Origin: Candidatus Cloacimonadales bacterium
GTDB taxonomy: Bacteria > Cloacimonadota > Cloacimonadia > Cloacimonadales > JAFGVF01
Reading direction: 5' to 3'
DNA length: 64,000 bases
Assembly (NCBI GenBank): GCA_963667035.1
Contig: OY762964.1
Span: 1,728,001-1,792,000 of the forward strand
Positions within the stretch are counted from its first letter, which is position 1; each line of letters begins with the position of its first letter. Shown piece after piece: positions 19,557-30,165 of the stretch. The notes under the pieces are model-generated. The model worked only from the letters and a program-made list of their open reading frames with translations. It had not been told where the DNA came from and did no database searches. The position numbers and the translations under genes are program-made.

Positions 19557-21284
19557 TTAATTCTCACTTAAAATTCTTCTGAATTCGGGAGCAAAGGCAC
19601 TCCCCTGATTATTGTTTAAGAAATCAATGATCATTTGATATCGTAAATCAGGATCACTCTCTGAAAGATTTACCAATTGCAGTCTGGCATATTGGCTTAA
19701 CACAGCATCTTCATATTCACGTTCATATATCTCTTTTGCCAGTTCAACTTGACCATATTGAATATAGCTGTCTGCTATAGCCAATAGCACTTCTTCGTTA
19801 GGTTTCTCTCCCAGTAATGATGAATATGTGCCAACAGCTAACTCCGGTCTTATAAGTTTATTCTCACGCCAAGCTTGCATGAATACTTTAAAATCGTCCG
19901 GGTTTAGTTTACCTGATATATCTGCAAGATAGATAGCATCATTAACATTAGAAGTCTGGGGAGTAAGAATTACTAACTCGGTAAGAAGAGAATCAGCTAA
20001 CGGATCTTGTGTATTAAGAGCAATCAAGTAGCCGTAATAGAAACTCTCTTTGAATGTATCGGTTCCATCTTCAACATTTGAAAGCAGATTGCTTAGCCTT
20101 TTCTTTGCCTGTTCAAATTCTCCAAATAAAATCTCATGATAGATAATCTTCTCTTCAACATCATTTCTGTTCTTTCCATTCAAGGCAAATTTCTTAGCTT
20201 CTTCAAAGTGAGAAAGGACTATTTCCTTACCCTCACCTTTGTATAGTGCTAATGTAGCTAGAATCTCACGAGCTTCTCTATTAGCATGACTTCTGTATCT
20301 ATAGCTATCAGACTGTAATACTTTATCTTCCGTAATTTCTTTAAGAAGTCTTTCAGCTTCGTTCAATTTATAAAGACTAAGATTACATCTGGCTCGATTT
20401 ACTTTGGCATCAGCAGCAACAGTAGGATTCAATTTCATCTTATCTAAAGCTTCATAAGCCAAAATTGCGACCTCATAGTTTCCTTTTCGATATTGGTCAT
20501 TAGCAAAATACAGCAGTCTGGAAGGATCTAACTTTTTATATACTTCAAGAGCTTTCTCGTACAGTTCTGTTTGCATCAAAGCTGCAGCATATATCTCTAA
20601 AATCTTAGTATCTTTCTCATCTTCAAGCTCTACTTCCATAGCATCAATCACTCCGCTATCCTTCTTTAGCATCTCGAGGAGAAAGCGTTTTGAAGTGTAG
20701 AAATAACTCGCATTTGTTTTAGTGAGTATAATGTATTCTTTTACAGCTTCATTGATTTTATCCGATTCCCTGTATGCAGTAGCCATATCCATTGCAAAAA
20801 GATAATCATCATTAGCTACTTTTCTAGCCTTATTTATTATTTCTACAGCCTTATCATATTGCTTACCGGCAATAAAGATTCTAGCTATCTCACGATAAAG
20901 ATTCATATTATTTTTATATTCGGCAAACAGGCTATCTGTTACTTTACCTGCTTCTTTGAAGTTTCCTGCAATAATATAGTAGTTTATCTTAGCTTTATAC
21001 AAATCTTTAGACGGAATCGCATCACCGTAATTATCAAGTATCGCTTTTGCTTCTGCACGTTTGTTCAGGGACAGATAAAAGTTAAATGCACCTTTCACAA
21101 CTTCAGGATTATCTTGATGTTTCTCAATCAATTCCTTCCAGATTGATTCCGCTCTATTAAACTGTTTAGCTCTCATATACTGAGTAGCTTGCTGAGTAAG
21201 TACTTTTACTTCATCATAAGTCTGAGAAATCAAACTAAAGCATATAGACAATAGGAGACAGATAATAGTAATTCTATTCTTCAT
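19557..21284 (-). CDS. Secreted TPR-repeat protein
   Basis: Signal peptide followed by repeated TPR-like helices. Confidence 0.75.
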   Translation of the reverse strand: MKNRITIICLLLSICFSLISQTYDEVKVLTQQATQYMRAKQFNRAESIWKELIEKHQDNPEVVKGAFNFYLSLNKRAEAKAILDNYGDAIPSKDLYKAKINYYIIAGNFKEAGKVTDSLFAEYKNNMNLYREIARIFIAGKQYDKAVEIINKARKVANDDYLFAMDMATAYRESDKINEAVKEYIILTKTNASYFYTSKRFLLEMLKKDSGVIDAMEVELEDEKDTKILEIYAAALMQTELYEKALEVYKKLDPSRLLYFANDQYRKGNYEVAILAYEALDKMKLNPTVAADAKVNRARCNLSLYKLNEAERLLKEITEDKVLQSDSYRYRSHANREAREILATLALYKGEGKEIVLSHFEEAKKFALNGKNRNDVEEKIIYHEILFGEFEQAKKRLSNLLSNVEDGTDTFKESFYYGYLIALNTQDPLADSLLTELVILTPQTSNVNDAIYLADISGKLNPDDFKVFMQAWRENKLIRPELAVGTYSSLLGEKPNEEVLLAIADSYIQYGQVELAKEIYEREYEDAVLSQYARLQLVNLSESDPDLRYQMIIDFLNNNQGSAFAPEFRRILSEN

Positions 21285-24200
21285 TTAGTTTCTCATTAAG
21301 TATCTTTAAGTATTCTTTAATCAATTCTCTATACTCCGGAGGAAATTCTTTATAATCTTTCTTTAGCATAGCTTTGTTCTGTAACTCTTTAAACTTGTAT
21401 TTTATCTCTTCAGGAGTATCCCAATCGTCAAACTCAGAGTTCTCCGCCTTTCTCTTACGGCTAAACTCTCTTTTGTTAATAGATTTCTGGATATCCAGCA
21501 TCCTTGAGACAATTCGCTCCTGCTTCTTAAGTAAATCGGTGTTAAGTCTGTTAGCTTTGAACTCTTTAGCAATCTGTTCCAGTTCTTCAATCAGTTTTTG
21601 GATTGAGCCTGTTTGCTGTTGAGCAGCAGGATTATTCTGTAATGCTCTCTTAAGATTATCAGCTAATCTCTGTTCTTCGGAAGCAAGTCTTTGAATCTGC
21701 TTTCTCATTTCAGAACTCATACCTCCGTTACCCTGCTGTAACTGTTGCATAAGCTGCTGAGTCAACATATTCATTGCCATTTGTTGTTGTCCCATTTGTT
21801 GCATCATCTGCATCAGAGACTCCATACCACTCCCTCCACTACTTGAGGAGCTATTCTGAGTAAGCATTAAATCGTATGCTATTAGATTGATTCCTTTTGT
21901 TATATCCGACAGATAATTCTTAACAACATGGTGTCTGTTTTCGCTAATTTCTCTGAACATTTCACGATAGCTCTGCTCCAAGAAATTCATATCGTAATAG
22001 AATTTCGGAGTAATGAACATACTTAACATAGGAGCTTTAAACATCTCATTCACAGCCATTCCTATTCCTTCGAATATTGCTAATTCTTGTTGCAGTATTT
22101 GGAAAGCATCATCACTGAAAATGTTAACTTGCTTTTCATGCATCTCTGAGAAGAATAATACTTTTCTTAAGCAAACACTTAAAGCTTCACTCATCTCTCC
22201 CGCTCCACCGGCACTCATTTGAGATTTCATGTCCATGAGCATCTTTCTCATCTTCTGAATTTTTTGGGATGCAGCTTGTTGTGATTCTTGAGCAGACTTA
22301 CGATTATTCTGTTGAAGCTGTTGTTGAGAGTTCTCCATATCTTGCATGAGCTCTTGCATTTCTTTCATCTCTTGGAGCTCTTTTAGCTGTTCTGACAGTT
22401 CTTTATCCTTATCTCCTCCAAGCATATCTTGAAGCTTTTGAAGTTCTTGTTTAAGACCTTCAAGTTGCTCTTTGAGTTTCTGCTGTTCTTTTGCAAGTTG
22501 CTCATTATCTCCCGTGTTATCGCCCGTTTTTTCTTCTATCTGCTTTTGGAGTTCTTCCATTTGTTCTGCAATATCAAGAGCTTTTTGAAGTTGCTGTTCC
22601 TTCTTTATGCTTTCCAACAGATCAATTGTCATTTCCAATTTCTTATTGAAATCATCCATTGAGAATTTGAAGTCTTTCATAGCTTTTTTAAGAACATCCG
22701 GATCAAGTTTCTCCATAGCTTTTTGCATTTCCTGCATAGCTTCCTGCATTTGTTCACTATCAAGTTCCTGCATTAGTTGCTGGATTTTCTCCATCTTTTC
22801 TACAGTCTCAGAAGCTAAGGCTTCATTATTTTGTATTTTATCTATCAAGTCCTGATACTGCTCAGTAACCTTATTAACATCTTCCTTTATATCATTTCGT
22901 TCTTCTAAGAACTTCTCTAACTGTTGCTTGTCATCCCATTCCAGTTCATCTTTTTTAAGTAATTCTCTCCTTTTCTCTTCGAATTCTTCCGTCATTTCTT
23001 TAGACTTTTCTAAGACATCTTCCAGATTCTCTCTTTTCTCTTTCTCGGTAGATTCAATTTCTTTGTATATCTCCTCAATAGATGGAAGTCTAAGGAAACG
23101 ATGCTCTGACTCCGATATTTGCGGAACAGGTTTATTATCATCAACTGTAAGCCAATATTCAACTCTATTTCCGGGGAATAGGTCTAAACCTGTTAAGTCA
23201 AAGACATAATCATCTTCCCACAATGTACCATGAATTTGTTTTTTTACATTTCTGGATATGGGTTCCCTATCTTCGATTATGAAATAAAGCATCAGATTAT
23301 CCAATCCGAAATCATCCGACGCTACTATTTGTAATCTTTGTAGCATTGTTTGATTCAATGTTGTATCTGTAGCAGGATAAACAATTTGAATTGAAGGCTT
23401 TTCATCCGGTAACAGAACAATCTCTCTTTCGATATCAATTGTCTCCTGTCCGATTCTATCTTTCAAATTAAGATGCCAAGAATCATTTTGTGTGAGAGTA
23501 AAGGTTGTAGTATAATTCAACGAATCACTCTCTTGCATAACTTTTGATTCTCCTGAGCCAAAAATCATCATTGCCTGCTCAAGCGGAGAGATTACATTTG
23601 CCGTAAGCTTAATCTTGCTATTCTCAATAGCTTTAATACGTCCGGTGGACAAGCTATCGGTAAAAGGCTTCTCTCCCGTATAATCAGGATAGAAGTATTT
23701 AATTGTTAGATTTTTAACTCCGGGTTTCTCCATCAGTACTACTCTAAAAGTATCCGATACGGCATATTTACTTCTTACGTAATATTCAATATTATTCTCA
23801 AGATTGTTATAAGTATAAGAGAAGTCAGTCATATCTACTTGTCGCCACTCTTTAGCAAACCTATATAAGAACTTGTAATCACTTCCAAGATCAGGATTCA
23901 TAATCTTTACTTCCAGATTGCTATGTCTTGGTAGACTCACATTTCCGGGCGAAAGCTCTATGACTTTACTATGTTGTTCTTTAATTAGTTTATCAGTATA
24001 GAAAGCCTGCCAAGCAGTCGGAATAAAACTAAAATTAAGTGCCAATATTATGAATGCCCCAATAAAACCATATAGACTAATCTGCTTTTGCAGTGGATTA
24101 AGCACATCAATCTTATGCTCTACTTGTGACTTTGATTTACTATTAGCATTATCGTAAATCAAGTCTAATATTGCCTCATCATATCCTTGTTTTTCTTGCA

Positions 24201-24516
24201 ACAACTCAATAGCATTTTGAAAAGTCTCATTCTCATCTCCATTTAGTCTATCAAGCATACGAGCAGCTTTAACATCATCCAGTAGCTTGTTCTTCCCGGT
24301 ATAGAATAGATACAGCATAATAAGGGCTACACTTATTCTTAGAGTTAATCCGAAATAGAACATTGGAAATCCACCGGCACGGATTAGACCATAGAGTATA
24401 AAGAATAGTAAGAATGACCATAAGAGAGACAGTAATGCGAGAATAGAGTACCTAATCCCAATAATAGTATTGTATCTCTTTCTAAACTTACGAATTACTT
24501 CTAAGAATATATGCAT
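21274..24516 (-). CDS. Membrane-anchored long coiled-coil protein (DUF4175-like)
   Basis: Three N-terminal TM segments, Ig-like region (DDFGL, DLFPG), Q/E/M-rich coiled coil, and C-terminal PPEYRELIKEY. Confidence 0.7.
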   Translation of the reverse strand: MHIFLEVIRKFRKRYNTIIGIRYSILALLSLLWSFLLFFILYGLIRAGGFPMFYFGLTLRISVALIMLYLFYTGKNKLLDDVKAARMLDRLNGDENETFQNAIELLQEKQGYDEAILDLIYDNANSKSKSQVEHKIDVLNPLQKQISLYGFIGAFIILALNFSFIPTAWQAFYTDKLIKEQHSKVIELSPGNVSLPRHSNLEVKIMNPDLGSDYKFLYRFAKEWRQVDMTDFSYTYNNLENNIEYYVRSKYAVSDTFRVVLMEKPGVKNLTIKYFYPDYTGEKPFTDSLSTGRIKAIENSKIKLTANVISPLEQAMMIFGSGESKVMQESDSLNYTTTFTLTQNDSWHLNLKDRIGQETIDIEREIVLLPDEKPSIQIVYPATDTTLNQTMLQRLQIVASDDFGLDNLMLYFIIEDREPISRNVKKQIHGTLWEDDYVFDLTGLDLFPGNRVEYWLTVDDNKPVPQISESEHRFLRLPSIEEIYKEIESTEKEKRENLEDVLEKSKEMTEEFEEKRRELLKKDELEWDDKQQLEKFLEERNDIKEDVNKVTEQYQDLIDKIQNNEALASETVEKMEKIQQLMQELDSEQMQEAMQEMQKAMEKLDPDVLKKAMKDFKFSMDDFNKKLEMTIDLLESIKKEQQLQKALDIAEQMEELQKQIEEKTGDNTGDNEQLAKEQQKLKEQLEGLKQELQKLQDMLGGDKDKELSEQLKELQEMKEMQELMQDMENSQQQLQQNNRKSAQESQQAASQKIQKMRKMLMDMKSQMSAGGAGEMSEALSVCLRKVLFFSEMHEKQVNIFSDDAFQILQQELAIFEGIGMAVNEMFKAPMLSMFITPKFYYDMNFLEQSYREMFREISENRHHVVKNYLSDITKGINLIAYDLMLTQNSSSSSGGSGMESLMQMMQQMGQQQMAMNMLTQQLMQQLQQGNGGMSSEMRKQIQRLASEEQRLADNLKRALQNNPAAQQQTGSIQKLIEELEQIAKEFKANRLNTDLLKKQERIVSRMLDIQKSINKREFSRKRKAENSEFDDWDTPEEIKYKFKELQNKAMLKKDYKEFPPEYRELIKEYLKILNEKLNEE

Positions 24517-24530
24517 GTTTATCCTCATTC

Positions 24531-24556
24531 AAAAGGGGTGGAAGGTTCCACCCCTC
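24531..24556 (-). terminator. Intrinsic terminator/hairpin after the S41 protease
   Basis: AGGGGTGGAA/TTCCACCCCT stem plus a short T tract on the minus strand. Confidence 0.65.
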
Positions 24557-24576
24557 AAGAATAGTATTATATTAAC

Positions 24577-27500
24577 TTACTTTGTAGACTTTAATTGTTC
24601 TTCCAAGATTTCAATTGCTCTTTGCAATTGCACATCATTATCATTCACAACATCAGAAGGACTCATCTCAACTATAACATCGGGTTGAGCTCCATTACCT
24701 TCCATATTTGTCATGTTTTTATCATCCAACCACCATCCGTTTCTCGGCATTCTCATTGACGAACCGTCCATCAGGTCATGAGGAACTGTTCCGATTACCG
24801 AGCCACTGGTTGGAACACCAACGATTGTCCCTAAATTCAGATGCTTGAATATATGGGGGAATATCTCACCGTCACTAAATGAGCCTTGGTCAATCAGTAG
24901 AACTATAGGTTTATCGAATACCTTACCGGGTGCTTTATATTTACCTGTTCCCATCCATCTGCTACTTTCCCAAGCATACTGTTTTTTGGTAATAACTTCC
25001 AGGATCTTGTCATGGACACGACCACCGGAATTACCTCTAAAATCTAAAATTAATCCTTTCTTTGAATATTCGGTACTAAACAAGTCCTCAACAAATTTAT
25101 CATAATCCGATTCACTCATAGCTTTCACATGGATATAACCTAGTTCAGGGTCTACAGCTTTAACCTTTCTCTTTCTGGTTTCCACCCAATCATTGTACCC
25201 TAAGTAATACTGTTCAGACCAACTTAGACATTTAATCTCGGCATTTATAATCTCATTATCCTGTTGAATTATCAACTTGAGTTTCTTCTTATACTGATCT
25301 CTAAGTAAAGGTTCAATTTCGGTTTCTCTAGTAATATCAGTACCATTTATGCTTAACAACAAAGCTCCGTCATTGACTTTATAAATCTCGTTTAGAGCAG
25401 AATACAGATAAACTTTTCTAAGAATTATACCTTTCTTTGGTCTATTCTTCCAATCAAACTTTGCCCCAATCATTCCAAGCTTGTATCTATGTAATGAACT
25501 GCTACGTCTTGGATAGAATCCGGTATGAGAAGCGTTAACTTCTCCAATCATCTCTTCAACAATATCGGATAATAATGAGGGTTTATACATATAGTCGGTA
25601 TATGGGTAATACTTTTCATAAGCTTCTTGCCAATCAATATCGTGCATATCCTGATCATAGAAACCTCTACCAAAGTCACCCCACACTTCTTCAAAGACCT
25701 TCTTGTTTAGGTTCAATTCATTGTAATGATAATCAAAAGAAGCTGTAATCTCTTTTGAACTTCCACTGTTTAAATCAACTTTAAACAATCTCTGACCACC
25801 AACAAAATAGATATTGTTTTTATCGAAGTTATACTCAGAATATCTCCAATCGTAGTTAAATGTATATATTAACTTTTCATTTTTCCCTTGGTAGTTAGTT
25901 TTGTATAGTTCCTTACCTTGCCAATAATAGAGTATAGAGTCATTCCTTACAGTAAATATACCGGGCCATTTGTCCTTTTTAACTATCGGAGTAATTCTTT
26001 TATCCAAATTATCCCAATCAATGGCTATATCTTCCATCTTTTCATTTTTACTTCTTAAAGAATCGGCAACTAGTATATCTTCCCAATAATTATGCTCAAA
26101 CTTAAACTCTTCAACAGGACTTAAATCCATTCTACAAAGAACATTGTCATTCGCAAAGAAAACCGAGTTATTATCTAAACCCCAAGTTATACTACCTATC
26201 CAATCGTTATCAGAGAAAATGACTTTATCCCATCCCGTTTCGAACTCGTAAAAATGTACTTGAGAGTTCCAAACATTAGTGTCTCTGGTCATGTATAAAG
26301 CATATTTGCCATTTTCTGATATTTCAAAATTGTACCATGGAGTATTATCCTTCTCGATTATAGTAAAATTGGTAGCGGTAGAGTCCATAATTGCTAATCT
26401 GTTTACTTTATCCTTACCTGAAGAATACTCGACAACATATTGCTTCTTTGTAGCAAGGTTTATATTATCTATATGTTTGTCTTCAGACCATTTTACCGGA
26501 ACAATCTCATCCGGATTCTTAATGTTAACCGTATACATCCTATTCACGCCTTTATCATAAGCTGTAAATAAGATTGTTACATTATCGGGAAGAATGAATA
26601 TATCGTGAATTCCTCTTTGGTCAAAAGTCAATTGTTTAACTTCTCCACCCTTAACAGGCATAGCAAAGAGGTCATATTTATAATTAAATGCTAAAAGCTT
26701 CTCATCCGAAGAAACGGCAATATTCTTGAATTTATTTCTAACAGATTCATACTTATCCAAGTCATACCATGTATCCTCTTCAATCTCAATATCAATCTTA
26801 GAAAATTTATTCAATACTGCTTTAGGATTATAACGCCATATCTCATCGAATAATTCAAAGACTATTCTGTCATTATCTACTGCTATGTCTATATCTCGTA
26901 CAGACCATTCGTCGAAGTTTGAAAGCTTCTTGGGAGAACCGAAGTCTCTGTTATCAACACAGTAGAGTTGGAATATCTTACCGTCGGAAGCGGCAAAATA
27001 GATTCTATCACTGTTATGGGAATAAACGGGATAACGTTCTGTAGTAGGAGTTTGAGTAAGTCTTGTAAATTTATCCAGTTTACTATCGTATTCCCAGAGA
27101 TCTCCATTTAGACTGCCTTGATAAGATTCTCTGAAAGGCATCCCTTGTTTATTGAATATAATCTTATCCCCTGATGGGCTTGGATAGGAGTAGCTATCTG
27201 TGTATGGATTAACAAGTTCCATGCTCTTTCCATCTAGTGAAAGCTTCATGTTTAAATTGGGTTTCCCGTATGGCTCCCGCTTACTTACAAGTAAGGATTT
27301 ACTGTCAGCATACCATCCATCCAGACTGATTGAGCAATCTCTAATCAGTCTTGCTTCTCCCCCTTCGGCAGGCATTACATATACTGAGTTTCCACCATTT
27401 CTGTTCGAATTAAATGCTATCCACTTCCCATCTGGAGATATCGCGGGGCCACTCTCATAAGATTCGGAAAAACTTATCCTTTTTGCTTCTCCACCCTTAA

Positions 27501-27648
27501 ATGGAACCAACCATAAATCTCCCATATAAGAGAAGCATACGGTTTCTCCATCAGGTGAGATTGCCGGATCATCCATAAAGTGAGGTTCATAAGCAAAGCT
27601 AACACCAACCAAAACAAGAAATACCAATAATAAACAGACTTTTCTCAT
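24577..27648 (-). CDS. Tricorn-like S41 family protease
   Basis: Signal peptide, PD40 propeller repeats (PAISPDG), NASHTG, GYIHV, DFRGNSGG, SFSDGE and EGNGAQPD motifs. Confidence 0.9.
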   Translation of the reverse strand: MRKVCLLLVFLVLVGVSFAYEPHFMDDPAISPDGETVCFSYMGDLWLVPFKGGEAKRISFSESYESGPAISPDGKWIAFNSNRNGGNSVYVMPAEGGEARLIRDCSISLDGWYADSKSLLVSKREPYGKPNLNMKLSLDGKSMELVNPYTDSYSYPSPSGDKIIFNKQGMPFRESYQGSLNGDLWEYDSKLDKFTRLTQTPTTERYPVYSHNSDRIYFAASDGKIFQLYCVDNRDFGSPKKLSNFDEWSVRDIDIAVDNDRIVFELFDEIWRYNPKAVLNKFSKIDIEIEEDTWYDLDKYESVRNKFKNIAVSSDEKLLAFNYKYDLFAMPVKGGEVKQLTFDQRGIHDIFILPDNVTILFTAYDKGVNRMYTVNIKNPDEIVPVKWSEDKHIDNINLATKKQYVVEYSSGKDKVNRLAIMDSTATNFTIIEKDNTPWYNFEISENGKYALYMTRDTNVWNSQVHFYEFETGWDKVIFSDNDWIGSITWGLDNNSVFFANDNVLCRMDLSPVEEFKFEHNYWEDILVADSLRSKNEKMEDIAIDWDNLDKRITPIVKKDKWPGIFTVRNDSILYYWQGKELYKTNYQGKNEKLIYTFNYDWRYSEYNFDKNNIYFVGGQRLFKVDLNSGSSKEITASFDYHYNELNLNKKVFEEVWGDFGRGFYDQDMHDIDWQEAYEKYYPYTDYMYKPSLLSDIVEEMIGEVNASHTGFYPRRSSSLHRYKLGMIGAKFDWKNRPKKGIILRKVYLYSALNEIYKVNDGALLLSINGTDITRETEIEPLLRDQYKKKLKLIIQQDNEIINAEIKCLSWSEQYYLGYNDWVETRKRKVKAVDPELGYIHVKAMSESDYDKFVEDLFSTEYSKKGLILDFRGNSGGRVHDKILEVITKKQYAWESSRWMGTGKYKAPGKVFDKPIVLLIDQGSFSDGEIFPHIFKHLNLGTIVGVPTSGSVIGTVPHDLMDGSSMRMPRNGWWLDDKNMTNMEGNGAQPDVIVEMSPSDVVNDNDVQLQRAIEILEEQLKSTK

Positions 27649-27662
27649 TATTCTCCCTTATA

Positions 27663-28913
27663 TTACAAGGTAACAATTACATTACTTTCAACTTTATTAA
27701 ATGATGTAACATTACCATTTACTACTAATTCAACACCGGGAAAAACTTTCCCTTTAAAGCTAATCCCCTGCTCCTCTACTTGTGATTTTTCCTTACTCTT
27801 ATCAGCTTCAATAGATTCTATAAGCTTCTTCATTTCTTTCACTATCTTAGGAGCTAGAATATCGTTCTCAATAGTCTTCATAATACTTCGAGTAAGTATT
27901 TGAGAATAAGCATTCTCGATTAATTCGACTCGAGTTGAAGAGTTAAACCTATCACCTGCATAAGCTCCGCAAATATAGTTCTCGGCAAAACAACTTCCCC
28001 CGCTTATCTCGAAAGTTTTATCCGATCCTAAGATTGAATCTCCTGCAACCATTCGGGAATCAATAACCAGTCTCTCGGGTTTTATCAATCCTTTAGCATA
28101 GACAAAAGAGCTACGTCCACTACTGAAGACAATGTCTCTTCCGCTTATTAATCCTAAAGGTTTACAGTTAAACACTGTTCCGTCCACATGGATATTTCCC
28201 GTAGCATATATAGTGCAATCCTCTATATCACCGTGTACGGTTATGTTTCCCTCTACTCTTATATAATTACAATTTCTTAAGGAACCTTCTATATCTACAT
28301 GAGTTCTGAAATGTAAGAATTGGGAATCATTGACTTGCTCAGCTCTCAAAGCTAGTACATCCATTACTCCCAATTTACCGTCTTTGAAGTAAGGATAACC
28401 TTTTATTGTCGAGTAGATTGCTTTATCGGATTCTTTAAAAGTAACATTCCTATCAATATATCCGGTAGAATATATGGAATGTAAATCTCTTTGTTCAAGG
28501 ATTACACCATGTACATTCTTTACAGCATTTGAGCTCTCATCAATTTTGATACTTGCCAGTTTTGTTCCTGCTTCAACAAAGTACCAATCCTTACCGGAAA
28601 CAATTTGTTCATCCATCTGCGGATTATAACAGGAATTTTTGTTAAAGTTACAAACAAGTTCGCTCTTAAAAGGTTCCAATCCACCTTTAGCAATTAAGAA
28701 AGGAGAATCATATTCCTTTTCAAATCCTGTCTCTTCATTGAAGTCACGAGCATTCTCAAAGCCATATACGATTCCAGCTCTGTTTAACAGCTCTTTTATC
28801 TCATCTTCACTTATAACTTCTCGGGTAAGCTTGATAGTAAGATATGCTTCCATAGCATTTTCACTAACCTCAATTATCAAATTGCCTTTGTCATTTTCAT
28901 AAGTCTTTGCCAT
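27663..28913 (-). CDS. FapA/DUF342 family protein
   Basis: VSENAMEAYL and GIVYG N-terminal motifs, beta-helix region, and C-terminal VFPGV. Confidence 0.75.
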   Translation of the reverse strand: MAKTYENDKGNLIIEVSENAMEAYLTIKLTREVISEDEIKELLNRAGIVYGFENARDFNEETGFEKEYDSPFLIAKGGLEPFKSELVCNFNKNSCYNPQMDEQIVSGKDWYFVEAGTKLASIKIDESSNAVKNVHGVILEQRDLHSIYSTGYIDRNVTFKESDKAIYSTIKGYPYFKDGKLGVMDVLALRAEQVNDSQFLHFRTHVDIEGSLRNCNYIRVEGNITVHGDIEDCTIYATGNIHVDGTVFNCKPLGLISGRDIVFSSGRSSFVYAKGLIKPERLVIDSRMVAGDSILGSDKTFEISGGSCFAENYICGAYAGDRFNSSTRVELIENAYSQILTRSIMKTIENDILAPKIVKEMKKLIESIEADKSKEKSQVEEQGISFKGKVFPGVELVVNGNVTSFNKVESNVIVTL

Positions 28914-29148
28914 TAACTTTCCCAAATATATGATTTTGAATGATATAATGTAGAGGAAGTCTTATTTGTCAACTATTCTATCCGCTTGAGAACTATATCA
29001 TTCTATTATGCAATATTTGGTTCAATATATCTTCTAATGCGTCACAGTAAGTAGTTTGGATTAGCCGATAGGCATTGAATTGAAAAGGTTATCAGATTTA
29101 TTCAGTTTAGTAATGAACTGTTTCTACTTAGCACGCCACCATCTTACT

Positions 29149-29588
29149 GGGTACGCCGGCATCCTGCCGGCATTCTCTAACATAAGCTGAAAGCTCGTGC
29201 ATTAATAAAATACAGGTAGAATATTCGACCCCTTTAGGGTCGTTGGTTATTGATATCAGGTACCATGGGTTGAAACCCATGGCTAATATGAGGTTATCCT
29301 TTCAGGATAAGAATTGCTCTTACCGGGAACGCAAGCTTCCAGCTTGCATTAGGGATTGCCGACTACATCGGCACAACAACTCAGGAGAGTTGCAATGCAA
29401 TCGTAATGCAAATGCCCTCACTTGCACATAGCTCAAAGAGCTATAATTAGGAATTTGATTGTGTTAGTTTATTTGTATTTACAAACTATGTAATACAACC
29501 CTAAAGACAGATTTATGCTCTTTTGTATTCGCTGGTGAAAGTTGCCGACTGCGTCGGCACAGCAACTCCGGAGAGTTGCACTACGATT
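29149..29588. repeat. Cluster of REP-like palindromes (locus 1)
   Basis: GTACGCCGGCATCCTGCCGGC, GTACCATGGGTTGAAACCCATGG, GCAAGCTTCCAGCTTGC, two GCAACTC.GGAGAGTTGC-type hairpins and TGCCCTCACTTGCAC; each recurs at 52.0-52.3, 54.2-54.3 or 57.0-57.7 kb. Confidence 0.8.
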
Positions 29589-29831
29589 GTACTGCATCTA
29601 TACCTCTAAAATCTTACTATTTTCCTATTTTCACCCACTATTATCACCCTTCTACCATCCTTTAGGGCGACTTCTAAAGACATTGGAACCGAATTGGACC
29701 CACCAAGGAGCCTCCTTGGACCCTCCTTGGCGAAGGCCAAAGTTGTCCACATCGTGTGGATAACTTTTGCCATAGAATTTCTTTGGTCTTTAATAGTATT
29801 GCAGAAGGGGCGTAACAAGTTCATGACATGT
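29586..29831. repeat. ~245-bp dispersed repeat, copy 1
   Basis: Highly similar same-orientation copy at about 57739-57985. Confidence 0.9.
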
Positions 29832-29840
29832 TCATTTAAT

Positions 29841-29920
29841 TGGCGAGTAACCCTTAAAAGTATCCACCCTAGGGAGGTCAAAGTTTTACCAAGAAAACAC
29901 TAAGTAAACTGCATGATATA
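29841..29920. mobile_element. IS terminal-repeat-like remnant (possibly IS21-like); inverted copy at about 57637-57714
   Basis: TGGCGAGTAACCCTTAAAAGTATCCACCCTAGGGAGGTCAAAGTTTTACCA begins with TG and has two internal sub-repeats. Family assignment is a guess. Confidence 0.4.
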
Positions 29921-30165
29921 ACAAAAGCGAGGGGGCGAAAGATGTGTAAACCTGACAATGCGAATGAGCATATTATAGACCATAAGAAGGAGGTTCCCAC
30001 ACATGAATAATGAATAAGATAAAATCAATATGGATAGAGTTGTAAAGTAACTATAATGCTTTACAAGATTATTGTTTTGTATACGGGAATCATGCTTTTT
30101 TGTTGCATTAATGTATTCTCATAATTTACTGACATCAAGAAATAAATAAAATAGATGGAGGATAA

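Noticed and set aside
21600..22900. Q/M/E-rich low-complexity tract as a repeat element
   Set aside because: It is the normal coiled-coil coding sequence of the DUF4175-like gene.
29606..29881. 91-aa and 74-aa ORFs (also 57759-57983) as a duplicated protein or toxin gene
   Set aside because: They lie within the non-coding-looking repeat, have different starts, no clear SD and no recognisable motif. Mentioned only as part of the repeat finding.
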